The position numbers were made by a program, and so were the translations under genes. Shown in pieces: positions 14,681 through 28,619 of a stretch of 64,000 bases of DNA (position 1 is its first letter; each line of letters opens with the position of its first letter). This DNA is from the human T2T-CHM13v2.0 reference genome, Homo sapiens. The notes under the pieces were generated by a model that was given only the letters and a program-made list of their open reading frames with translations, was not told the origin of the DNA and ran no database searches. The stretch lies in the NCBI RefSeq assembly GCF_009914755.1, contig NC_060934.1, one strand, 5' to 3'.

Positions 14681-17600
14681 TTTTGAATTTTTGATAATTG
14701 CCATCTTAATGGATGTGAGGTGAAATTTCATAGTGGTTTTCATTTGCATTTTCCTGATGACTAATGACACTGAGCACCTTTGCATATTAATGTTGGCCAT
14801 TTCTTTGGAGAAATGTCTGTTCAGGTCTTTTGACCATTTTTTAAATCAGGTTATTTATTTTTCTTTTATTGAGTTTTATGAGATCTTTATAAATTGTAGA
14901 TATTAGCCCCTTATCAGAGATATATTTTGTATATTTTTCCCAATGTATAGGTTGCTGTTTCACTACGATGATGGTTTTCTTTGCTGTGTAGAAGCTTTTT
15001 AGTTTGATATAGTCCCGTTTATTTATTTTCAATCTTATGGCCTAAGTTTTTGGTGTGATATGCAAAACGTCATTACCAAGGCCAATGTCTAGGAGCTTTC
15101 CCCCGGTTTCCCTTTTCAGGAATTTTACAGTTCCAGGTCTTATGTTTAGGTCTTTTGTCCCTTTTGAGTTGATTTTTGTGTACATTGTACGATAAGGGTA
15201 CAATTTCATTTTCTTGCATGTGGAAATCCAGTTTTTCCAGCTCCATTTAATGAAGAGACCCTCCTTTCCCCATGTGTTCTCTTGATGCCTTTTTTGAAAA
15301 TTAGTTGACCATATGTGTTTGGATTTATATCTGGGCTCTCTATTCTGTTCTACTGCTCTGTGTGTCTATGTTTATGCCATTACCATGCTGTTTAATTACA
15401 TAGCTTTATAATACAATTTCATATCAGGAAGTGTTATGCCTCCAGTTCTTTCTGAAGACAGCTTTGGCTATTTGGGTTCATTTGTGTTTCCATATGAATT
15501 TTAGAATTTTTTTCCTATTTTTGTGAAGAATGCCACTGGGATTTTGATAGGGATTGCACTGAATCTGTATGTTCCTTTGGGTAGTAGGGACATTTTAACA
15601 CCATTAATTCTTCCAATCCATGAGCAGGAGAGATTTTTCTATGTATTTTTATCTTCAATTTATTTCACTAATGTTTTATAGTTTTCAGTGTACAAATCTT
15701 TCACCTTGTTGGTTAAGATTATTCCTAAGTACTTTCTTGATGTTATCATAGAAAAGATTGTTTTCTTAATTTATTTTTTAGCTAGGTTGTTATTTATAGA
15801 AATGCTACTGGTTTTTGTGTGTTGATTTTGTATCCTTCAACTTTACTGAATTCACTTACTAGTTTTAACAGTTTGTTTGTGTGTGGAATCTTTGGGGTTT
15901 TCTACATATGGGCTCATATCATGTGCAAATAGAGATAATTTCACTTTTCTCTTCTAATTCGGATGCCTTTTCTTTCTTCTTCTTCTGTGATTGCTCTTGC
16001 TGGTACTTCCAGTACCGTGTCAAATAGAAGAAGTGAGAGTGGGCATCCTTAACTTGTACCATATCTTAGTGAAAAACCTTTCAGTTGTTCCCCATTTATT
16101 ATAACATTAGCTGTGGGTTTTTCCTAGATGGCCTTCACTGTTTTGAGGAACTTTCATTCTGTACCTAAACTGTTCAGAGTTTATATCAAGAAAGAATGTT
16201 GAGCATTGCTGAATGCTTTTTCTGCATCAACTGAGGTAACCATGTGGCCATGTGGCTTTTAATCTCGCATTCTGTTAATGTGATGTATTACATGGATTGA
16301 TTTGCATATGTTAAAACCAGGCTTGCATGCTAGGAATAAATCCCACTTGGTCATGATGTAAAATCTTTTTGATGTATTCTTGGATTCTATTTGCTAATAT
16401 TTTATTGAGGATTTTTGCATCAGTATTCATCAGAGATACTGACCTGTAGTTTTCTTGTAATGTCTTTGCCTGGCTTAGGTACCAAGCATCCTGGCCTCAT
16501 AAGATGTGTTTGGAAGTATTCTCTCTAGCTCTATTTTTTCGGGGGAGGTGGTGGGGGGTAAAGAACTTAAGAAGTATTGGTATAAATTCTTCCTTAAATG
16601 TTTGGCAGGATTCAGTCATGAAATCATCTGGTCCTGGGATTTTCTTTGTTGGGAGGTTTCGATTACTTCTTCAGTGTTTGCAGTGTGTTTACAGTAACAA
16701 AATATCCATCGATCTCCGTCCCTTGTTAACAAATCTCAGAAAGGTGTCTATCTCAAACTCAGCAGATGCTTCTGAATGTGGATTGTGCCTGTCTACTCAA
16801 TCTGACTTTGCAGAGAAGGGTGGGATGAGGGAGCAGACCCCGAGGTCCCGTAGGCTGTGCCCAGGGACACTGTGGTTCAATTTCAGTGATTTGCTCCTTT
16901 AGCATCTCTGAAAAGTGTCAAAGGTCTGCTCCTCTCTGTTCTGTTTACTGTGGCCCTGAATCAACTGTGTCCCCAACCCCCACTACTACGCAACCAGGCC
17001 TAACAACTTTATTCAGATGATGTCTGATACATTGACAGTCTAGAGAGAGAGAAAAAAAATGGGGAGGCACAGGGAGAAAGGTCATTAGAGTGCACGCTTT
17101 TTGGCTCAAAGCTTGGATGGGGAGCCAGTTCTGTGCTTGGGGCTCTGGCTGAGGCTATGGAGTGCAAGGACGTAAAAATCTCAGCCCCTTAAAGAGGAGC
17201 TGGAAAGGGCTGCCACATTGCCTCTGCCGCTTCATCAGCTCATAGCCAACTCTTCTTTCGTCCTCTCCTCCTCTCCTGAGACCCCCCAACCCAGCCTTCT
17301 CCCAACTTAACCAGGTCCCCGAAATGGAGGCAGAACAGTTCCTTCAGATTTTCCATGGCCTGGAATCCGGAATCATTTTCAGAGCAAGTACCACGTGTTT
17401 TTGAAATAATGCAGGGCTCTGCATTTATGTAATTGGAAAGTTTGCCGTGCTAGCCCAGGAATTAATTGTAGGCCAAATTCAAATTTGGCTGCAAACAATG
17501 TGTAAACTACTGTGTTCCAGAATCTGTTTTTCTTCCTCTTACGATAGCCTTGAAGGAACAGAGATGAGAGAAATAGAAATAGACATTTTCTAAAGACTTT

Positions 17601-17846
17601 ACCTCTAGGACAAATACAAAGGTGTTCTTGAAAGCTATTTTATTCCTCTGCAAAATGCATTCATTGCCTAGTGCTCAGACCTATACAGCTGCTGTCTCCT
17701 CGTGCACATGGAGTTCCTGACATCAGTCTCGAAGGGACTCTACCTAGACTGTTTCTACAATGTTGTACCTTTATTGCTGTGAGGCCACTTGCCACATGGT
17801 GACCCAGCCCCAACTCAACTTTTGTTCTTGAAATACAGATACCAAG

Positions 17847-18140
17847 GGCTGGGCATGGTGGCTCAGGCCTGTAATCTCAGCACTTTTGGAGGCCAAGGCA
17901 GGTGGATAACTTGAGATCAGGAGTTTGAGGCCAGCCTGGCCAACATGGCAAAACCCCATCTCTATTAAAAATACAAAAATTAGCTGGGCTAGGTGGCACG
18001 TGCCTGTAGTCCCAGCTACTCAGGAGGCTGACGCACAAGGATCGAATGAACCCAGGAGGTGGAGGTTGCAATGAGCCGAGATCATGCCATTTCACTCCAG
18101 CCTGGGCAACAGAGCAAGACTCCATCTCAAAAAAAAAAAA
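17847..18140 (+). mobile_element. Alu (S-type)
   Basis: Dimeric Alu with poly(A). Confidence 0.96.
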
Positions 18141-18519
18141 GAAGAAATATCAACACCAAGATTTAAAATAATGTATGCTCAGAGTAATTTTTACATGCAT
18201 GAAAACAAATCATTCATGCAGTAGTACTCCTAAGCCAACTTAAATCATTGTGGTTTTGCTAGAAGAGAGGTCTAAATCTACTGAGGTCCATTCCTGTGTC
18301 TTTCTAATTCTGTGATCAAAGGCCCAACTGAAAGAGTGATTTGAGCAAAAGGAGAAAGAAGTGATACTGGCAGGGGTGAACAAAGTTCTGCTAATCCGGG
18401 AGGATTCTCTGAATATCTGTGTCCTGGAGACTTTTGGAAACCATTTGCAAACTTTTAAACTTAATCTTCTCCAAATATTTACTGTTTATGCTTAATATGT
18501 GCATTGCACATCATCATTT

Positions 18520-18705
18520 GATGATCACATTTCATGTATATTATCTCATGTGAGCCATATAGCAGCCCCTTGAGAAACATGCTGTCACACTCATTTCATA
18601 TGTGGACATGCCGGGGCTCAAAAACACGTGAGTTGACCAAGGTCCTACAGCTGTGACTCAGCTCCAGACCTGCCTGACATTCAGCCTGGCATTCATTTTA
18701 CTGTA
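18520..18705 (-). mobile_element. MIR fragment
   Basis: atctcatgtgagcc...cactcatttcata...ggggctca...gttgaccaaggtcctacagct resembles the reversed MIR core. Confidence 0.55.
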
Positions 18706-18821
18706 TCCCTGCTGACTCAGGGTTATCTTATGCAAAACAGATGTCGGCTTTCAGGGAATGACAAATTAGAAGACGTTGCCCGGCCCTCTTTGAGCCTGAG
18801 ACATAAGCACAAATAACGTGT

Positions 18822-18901
18822 TTGGAGTTGGTGCAAAAGCAATTGCAGTATTTGCCATTGAAAGTAATGGCAAAACCCACGATTACTTTTCAGCAGCCTA
18901 A
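18822..18901. mobile_element. MADE1 (Hsmar1/mariner-derived MITE), ~80-bp palindrome
   Basis: gttggtgcaaaagcaattgcagtatttgccattgaaagtaatggcaaaacccacgattacttttcagcagcctaa matches the MADE1 inverted-repeat structure. Confidence 0.9.
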
Positions 18902-19194
18902 TAATAGGAGGTAGGTAGAATTACCAGAAATGAGGCATAAGCACATGCCACGTGCTGTGGGGGTTCTCCACATCTCTTTCAGAGGTGACAAAAATCTTGA
19001 GAACAGCACAGGTCTGAGTTGGAGCATGGAGAGTGGGTACCCTGTGAGCAGGCAGAGGTGGGGGGCAGGGGTACACTGAAAACAAAGAGACAGAGGGAAC
19101 AAAGGCAAGGAAAGTCTGGTACTTGATAGGAAGTAACAGGTTCTGGTTGTAGAGAAGGAAATTGTGGAACAGGGAGAAACAGTATGGACCATGC

Positions 19195-19745
19195 TGTATT
19201 AAACAGCGTTCCCCCAGAGGAATAGAACAAAGAAGCTATAGAGATATAGATATTTTGATGGGTTGATGTATTTATATAGATGTGGAGAAGGAGATTTCTT
19301 ATGAAGTATTGTCTCACACAATTATGGAGGCTGAGAAGTCCCACAGTCTGTCATCTGAAAGCTGGAGACCCAGGAAAGCTGGTGGTGTAGTCCCAGAGCA
19401 AGTCCCAGGGAACGAGAACCAGGGAGCCGATGGTGTAAGTCCGGGTCCAAGCCCAAAGGCCGGAGAACCAGGAACACTGATGCTCAAGGGCAGGTGAAAG
19501 TGGATGGGTCAGATCAAGCAGAGAGAACAAACTCGCCCTTCCTCCACCATTTTGTTCTATCAAGCCCGCAATGAATCGGAGGGTGCCTGCCCACATCAGC
19601 AAGGGATAGCTACTTTACTCAGTCCACCAACTCAAATGCCAATCTCTTCCAGGAACACCCTCACAGACACACCCAGAAATCATGCTTTACCAGCTATCTG
19701 GGCACCACTTAGCCCAGTCAAGCTGACAGAAAATTCACCATCACA
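19195..19745 (-). mobile_element. MLT2D/C-type (ERVL) solo LTR
   Basis: ctcacacaattatggaggctgagaagtccc...cccagtcaagctgacagaaaattcaccatcaca. Confidence 0.88.
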
Positions 19746-19849
19746 CACATTGTACAGTGTTTGCCTGTCATGGTAAGGATTTTCACTTAATTTTCAAGGC
19801 AGCAGGAAGCCTGCAATGGAGCAAAAGGATTGTCCATCCTGAAGGTTAG

Positions 19850-20249
<400 letters not shown>

Positions 20250-21198
20250 TAAAAAGCAGCACTGGCAACTGTGATGCAGGGAGAGTGGCGAACTAAATGG
20301 GGACAAGCAAAAGCCAGGAGAGAGTCAGCAAAGCACTGAGAGATAACCCCTGGGCAGGAGAACTATTCTTTGAATATGAGCTATTTCTCTGGGCAATTTG
20401 TAGAGCTCCAGGAAATCGTTGTCACCATGAACAGCCGTATATGGAAGCAAACCTTAAAGGTATTTCAGTGCTCGCATCGAATTTAACGCAGGGATAGTCA
20501 TTAGTGACAATATCAGAAGAGATGCAATAAAAAGATCAACGTCCTGATGCAGAAATGACCATGAGAATGAGGGGTGGGGTGGGAGTCTGAAAGCCCAGCC
20601 TGTGCCCCTGCCTTCATCCTGAGCTTGATCCATGATGTGGAATCTGCTGCAACTCCCTCTACATCCATTTTCTGACATAAACAACAATGATGCTTTTTTC
20701 CCCCAGATGTTGAAACAGACTAAATAACCATTTTCTGCTGGCAACTCTGACAGCTGAAGCTACTTGAAATCACACCAGCTCTGGATCAACTACAGGCCCA
20801 GCTGGTCACTTGGATGCTGATGGCAAGAGGCAAAAAAAAAAAAAAAAAAAAAAGGCATTAGGGTGAGTGCAAAAGTCGAGCTATGCTCACTTATAACCTG
20901 GGGCACACACACACATCACACCTCACCCCACATGTGGCCCCTGGGGTGCTGTAATCCAGCAAGAGCTTTCTCTTGGTGCCAGGACAAGGACCAGAAGTGA
21001 AACCTAGTCATATTTTCCTTGGAAAACACTCTCTCCACCACTGCTTTTTTATGGAAGCATTGAATGCCTCTGATTTTAAGCCACTTCTATTAAGACATTT
21101 TTTAATGTCCTAATTTCACCTTATGTTCTCTGACATTGACAGGGACAAGGTTAATCTCATTTAATTCCCTGGAATAAATTTATTTTTTAAAAGCTTAA

Positions 21199-21621
<423 letters not shown>

Positions 21622-22344
21622 TAAAAGGAATGCCAAAGTCATCTCCCAACATCATCTTGTGTTACGCATCAGGAAACCAGAAAGAATGCAATGACCGGCC
21701 CTAGGCAAAGAGTTGTTTTTTTTTTTTCCAACAAAAAGCATGGCGGACAGAGGCATTGTATGATATCAAACCTGTAACCTTTGGAAACAATGGCGTTTTG
21801 TAAAACTCATCCCTCTGCTGGCGTGTGAAAAGAGCAGGGGAGTCCCTGGAACCTGGAGCAGGGCTGGAGAGATTCAGGAATAGTTCAGTACACTGAAATT
21901 TACTCCTTGGCCAAGAAAATCTAACAAGACAATTTTTGCAACAAAAGCAGTCTTCGAAAACAAACTTTCAGAGGTTCAGGATTCCTGCTGCAGCAATAGC
22001 TGCCCACCCAAAAAACATATTGCAGAAATAAAAATTCCTGTATTTCTTCTTTTCAGATGAAGAGCAGGGAATATACTGATAAGTAAATGCAAAAATGACA
22101 ACAATTAATTTGTTCCACAAACGAGTGCATTTCATGCAATATTCTTAAGGAACAAAGACACGCACATAGCTTGTTTATGCTCATCCACAATATTTTATGT
22201 ATTTGGAATATATGTACATGGATATCCTAGGACTCCATCTTAGGCTCAGCATTTTTCCTAAGACAAATGAAGTTAAATTAACCTTTTGCTGGAATGTTGT
22301 TGCTCCTTTTCATAAAGTTTTTGATTCAATATTCATGTATCATT

Positions 22345-22650
22345 ATTTATTTTATGTTTATTTTATTTTTTTTGAGACACAGTCTCACTTTATTCTCAGG
22401 CTGAAATGCAATGGCACGATCTTGGCTCACTCCACCTCCTGAGTTCAAGCGATTCTCCCGCCTCAGCCCCCTGAGTAGCTGAGATTACAGGCACACACCA
22501 CAACACCCAAATACTTTTTTTGTATTTTTTAGTAGAGATGGGGTTTCACCATGTTGGCCAGGCTGTTCTCAAACTCCTGACCTCAGGTGATCCACCCACT
22601 TTGGCCTCCCAAAGTGTTGGGATTACAGGCATGAGCTGCTGCACCTGGCC
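22345..22650 (-). mobile_element. Alu (S-type)
   Basis: Reverse dimeric Alu. Confidence 0.95.
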
Positions 22651-22744
22651 AAAGTGTATTATTTTAAAAATTTAGTAGACAGCCATGCATTTGGTGCTTT
22701 GCAACAGGAAGATAAGCTCTCCCATAGCAGAATAAGTTTTGGGT

Positions 22745-23291
22745 TGAAGGAGTACAGCGAAGTCCACCCCAAAACATGGCTTCCTTTTAAAATGAGTATT
22801 TTGCCCTCAAAGATCAACAGACACTGGAAGAGGCTTCTCCCCTACCTACAGAAAGACCAGACAGACCCACCAAGAATTGTTTTTCCTTCCTCTCCCTGTT
22901 GTCTCATTATCTATTGCAGTAAAAAAGACCAAGAATGTCACCGGACCTGATCGACCCTATTACAAAATCATGTTTATCTCTCAGGCTCATTCAGTTTCCA
23001 AAAAGAACTATTTACAAGTTAATCTCTATTCCCCCACCCATTCATTCTCCCAGGTAATCAGGTATTGCCCCTCAACCAAAGTACCTATATTCCCCATCTC
23101 TCCCTCCCCTCTGAGGTAAGGTCACAAAGGTTGGGCCCCAATGGGATATGGGATCATCACTGTGGCTCTCCCCATGTGCGTGCTAATGAATTTGCCTTTT
23201 CTCCTAATCATCAGCCTTTGTCAGTTGATTTTTCAATGAACCCTCCAAGGGCAAAGGGAAAGATTTCACAAGATTTCCCTTTGCTCCTACA
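22745..23291 (+). mobile_element. MER34/MER39-like ERV1 solo LTR
   Basis: TG...CA ends; tgaaggagtacag...ccaccccaaaacatgg...tgccttttctcct...gaaccctccaagggcaaagggaaag...tcctaca. Confidence 0.75.
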
Positions 23292-23309
23292 AAGTCTTCC
23301 TAAGTTTGT

Positions 23310-23636
23310 TTCCTTTTCCTTCTTCTTCTTTTTTTTTTTTTTTTTCTGAGACAGAGTCTCTCTCTGTCCCCCAGGCTGGAGGGCAGTGGCATGATCTTGT
23401 GATCCCGGCTCACTGCAACCTCCGCCTCTGGGTTCAAGCAATTCTGGTGCCTCAGCCTCCCAAGTAGCTGGGACTACAGGCGTGCGTCATCACCCCTGCT
23501 AATTTTTGTATCTTTAGTAGAGACAGGGTTTCACCATGTTGGCCAGGCTGGTCTCGAACTCCTGGCCTCAAGTGATACACCTGCCTCGGCCTCCCAAAGT
23601 GCTAGGATTACAGGCGTGAGCCACTGCGCCCAGCCC
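23310..23636 (-). mobile_element. Alu (S-type)
   Basis: Reverse Alu; TSD approximately gtcttcytaagtttg. Confidence 0.96.
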
Positions 23637-24267
23637 AGGTCTTCTTAAGTTTGAAAAACACACAAAATAAAAACAAATCTTTCAAGAATGACACTGACTC
23701 ATTTTAAGTCTTCTTTGAATTATAACAAAATGTGGTATCCAATTCTGCTTTAGCAATCAGTCAGGAAAAGCTTCCAGTTTTCACACTTACATCAGGACTT
23801 GATAAATGCTGTCTCGATTTTTTTAAGGTTGCCATTTATGAGCAGCTGATCATAATAAACTGCAATTTCTGTTTCTCCCCAGGTTCTGCAGCGACTGAAG
23901 GGCTTGAGTAGAGAACCAGGCGTGATGATTTAAGAGCAAACATTTTTAAAGGGGGAGAGGAAAAGAAAGAGAAAAATGCTAAAATGTTTGGACAGAAAAC
24001 TGGGTTCTCCTCCCAGTGGGTATTAAGTGAACCTTGTGGGTTTTGCACAAACCTTTTGAGAGAAACAGCAATCATGGTTCCCATTCTACAGATGGTAGGA
24101 GCCACCTTCTATGCTCTGACAGTACATCCAGGTGGTCTACCTGTACATCACTGAAGAATGTTAAATGCCCTTAGAGATTTTAAGGCTTAGGAGAAATCCG
24201 ATCACTTTATTTTCTCCTAAATTTGTAAATTATCAAAGAGGCTAATTGTAAAGGTTTAGGTAAATTG

Positions 24268-24270
<3 letters not shown>

Positions 24271-24310
<40 letters not shown>
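24271..24310. repeat. (TG)20 microsatellite
   Basis: Perfect dinucleotide run. Confidence 0.98.
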
Positions 24311-24313
<3 letters not shown>

Positions 24314-24739
24314 GTATGTATCAAATAAATACAATAAATGAGTCATCCAAACACACAGGATCAGGTTTTAACTAATAGCCAACAAAATGCTAAGTGTCAT
24401 AGAAGAATCCAATAACAAACAGTTTCCAACTGTTTACCCCAAAAATATTGTGTGGTTGTAGCCTATCTTCAAAAAGGTGGGTCTACCCAGAGACAGGTCT
24501 CTGACAAAATCTACAAATTATACAGAGGGGACGCCCAGCCAAGACTGGGCAGCCTTCAAAGTTCAAGATGGTTAAAAATTAAACTGCATATTTAACTGAA
24601 TCTAAGGTGAAATCAAAATAGTATAACACATACAATGAGCAAAAATATTTCTAAATAATGGATCTGATATGGGATTAATATACAGAATATATAAAGAATG
24701 CCTACAACTCGATAAGAACAAAACAAACAATCTAATTCA

Positions 24740-25057
<318 letters not shown>

Positions 25058-25846
25058 TAGACAAAGGACTTGAATAAACATTTCTCCAAAGAAGATACAC
25101 AAATGCCAATAAGCTCATGGATTGCTGCACCACATCACTAATCATTAGGGAAATGTAAATCAAAACCACAATGAGATACGACTTTCACACCCATTAGAAT
25201 GACCACTATTTAAAAAAAAGAAAATAATAAGCAGTGATGAGAATGTAGAGAAACTGGAACCCTTGTACACTGCTGGGGGAACTGTAATGGTGCAGGTGCT
25301 ATAGAAAACAGTACTCATTCCTAAAAAATAATTACACATACAACTACCCTATGAGCCAGCAATTAGACTTCTGCATATTGACCCAAAAGAATTAAAAGCA
25401 GAGTCTAGAATGGATATTTGCACACCCATGCTCCTAGCAGCATTGTCTACAATAGCCAAAGGTGTGAACAACCCAAATTTTCCCTGATAGAAAAATGGAT
25501 AAACAAAGTGTGGTCTAGCCATACGATGGAATGTGATTCAGCTTGAAAAAGGAAGGGAATTCTGACACACACCACAACATAACTGGATCTTGAAGACATT
25601 ATAATCAAAGAAATAAGCTAGCCACAGAAAGACAAATACTATATATGGTTCCACTCCTACAAGGTCCCTAGAGTAGTCAAATGCATAGAGAGAACAAGCA
25701 GAATGATAGTTGCCAAGGGCTAGAGGGAGAAGAAAAGGGGAAGTTGTTTAGTGGGTACAGAGACTCAGTTTTTTGCAAGACGAAAGAGTTCTGGAGATGG
25801 AGGGTGGTGATGACTGCACAACAATGTAAACGTATTTGATGCCACT

Positions 25847-26831
<985 letters not shown>

Positions 26832-26858
26832 CACCCAACTATACACTTAAAAAATGGT

Positions 26859-27195
26859 GGCCAGATGCCGTGTCTCACGCCTGGAATCCCAGCACTTTGG
26901 GAGGCTGAGGCAGGCAGATCACGAGGTCAGGAGATCGAGACCACCCTGGCTAACACGGTGAAACCCCGTATCTACTAAAAATAGAAAAATTAGCAGAGTG
27001 TGGTGGCACGCGCCTGTAGTCCCAGCTACTCAGGAGTTTGAGGAAGGAGAATTGCTTGAACCCGGGAAGGCGGAGGTTGCAGTGAGCCGAGATCGTGCCA
27101 CTGTACTCCAGCCTGGGCGACAGAGCAAGACTCTGTCTCAGAAAAAAACAAAACAACAACAAAAAAAAAACAAAACAACAAAACAAAACAAAAAA
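26859..27195 (+). mobile_element. Alu (Sc/Y-like)
   Basis: gatcacgaggtcaggagatcgagacc; (CAAAA)n tail; TSD aaaaatggt. Confidence 0.96.
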
Positions 27196-28095
27196 ATGGT
27201 TACAGTGGTAAATTTCACGTTATGTGTATTTTATCACCACCCCAACAAAAGAAAATTGTGGAAAGATGATTTTAAGTGGTCTAGCTCTGATTCAATCAGT
27301 GCCACCTCCTAAGTGAGTTCAGGGGCTGTCATAACCTTCTTTCAACTACCCACCAATTGCGTTCCCACAATGACATTCTCAAAGACACAAAGAGGGACTG
27401 CATCATCACTCCAGCAGCTCAGAGAGTTTGCGTTCCCAGGTATCTCCCTGAGATCTCTAATAGGAGCTGAGGCACAAGGACAAAAAGAATCAGGATCACC
27501 CAGCAGGATGCCCCGAGACTGACGAGAGGTGAATCCATGACTGCAGAAGAAAAGGCCCTTCTCCCACTTTGTGATCACTGTGGGCATTTATTGTAACTCA
27601 CAGGGCATGCTGGTCTCATGGGACAGATTCCCCACTCTCTGCTGAAAGCTGTGACGTCTGGGATAGATTAAGGAGCCACATGGCCGCCTTCAGTGGGAGG
27701 GCCCAAGTATGTATTCTTGTTTTCTTTTGCATTCTTCATTCTGTTAAAATCGCTTTGCTTTTCCCATCCATAAACATGGCTCCCAACTCCCACTTCATCA
27801 TACTAGTGAAATGTGCATATGTCTTGGAATCTTTTTTAAGTAATTTAAAAAGAAGTCATGAATCTTTCAATGAATCCCAGCTTGTGAAGGAGACACCAAG
27901 CTTATGAGGGAAAAAAAAGAAAAATACAAATTCAGACCAGGCTGTGGAAGGCACAGCATGTGTTAAAATAGCTAGGACTGGCCCTGCCTTCAGCCCCAAA
28001 TTGTCCTAACAATTATGTCCAACCCAGAGCTCTGTCTCCACCCTCTCCTTTCCATTTCCAGCCCTGTCCATTCTCTTCACCTTAGGAGGACTGTC

Positions 28096-28391
28096 TTTTT
28101 TTTTTTAAGATAGGGTCTCACTCTGTTGCCCAGGCTATAGTGAAGTGGCACAATCTCGGCTCACTGAAAACTCCGCCTCCCAGGTTCAAGAGATTCTCCT
28201 TTCTCAGCCTCCCTGGTAGCTGGGATTACAGGTGCATGGCACCACACCTGGCTAATTTTTTTTTAATTTTTATTAGAGATGGGGTTTTGCCATGTTAGCC
28301 AGGCTGGTCTCAAACTCCTGACCTTAGGTGATCCACCTGCTGGGGCCTCTCTAAGTGCTGAGATTACAGGCATGAGCCACCGCACCTGGCC
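28096..28391 (-). mobile_element. Alu (S-type)
   Basis: Reverse Alu; TSD caccttaggaggactg on both sides. Confidence 0.96.
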
Positions 28392-28619
28392 CACCTTAGG
28401 AGGACTGAACCCCAGATCACCCTGGCCAGTTCCCTTTCTCATGACTATGTGTGCTTTCAGACAGTCATCTGCAGTGAAGACATGACAGGGTATTTCCTAC
28501 TCAGGATCCAGGGAAATGAATTTCCCAGGGAAACGCCTTGAGACCAGTGGTAAAGTGAATGTGCAGCCAGGCCATATTTACTCTTTAATTTGAGCATGGG
28601 ATCTTAACCCAGTGGTATG

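Noticed and set aside
21808-21825. CTCF-like motif (reverse CCAGCAGAGGGATG)
   Set aside because: Lacks the conserved C of the GGC core. Partial matches near 34530 and 55442 are similarly incomplete.
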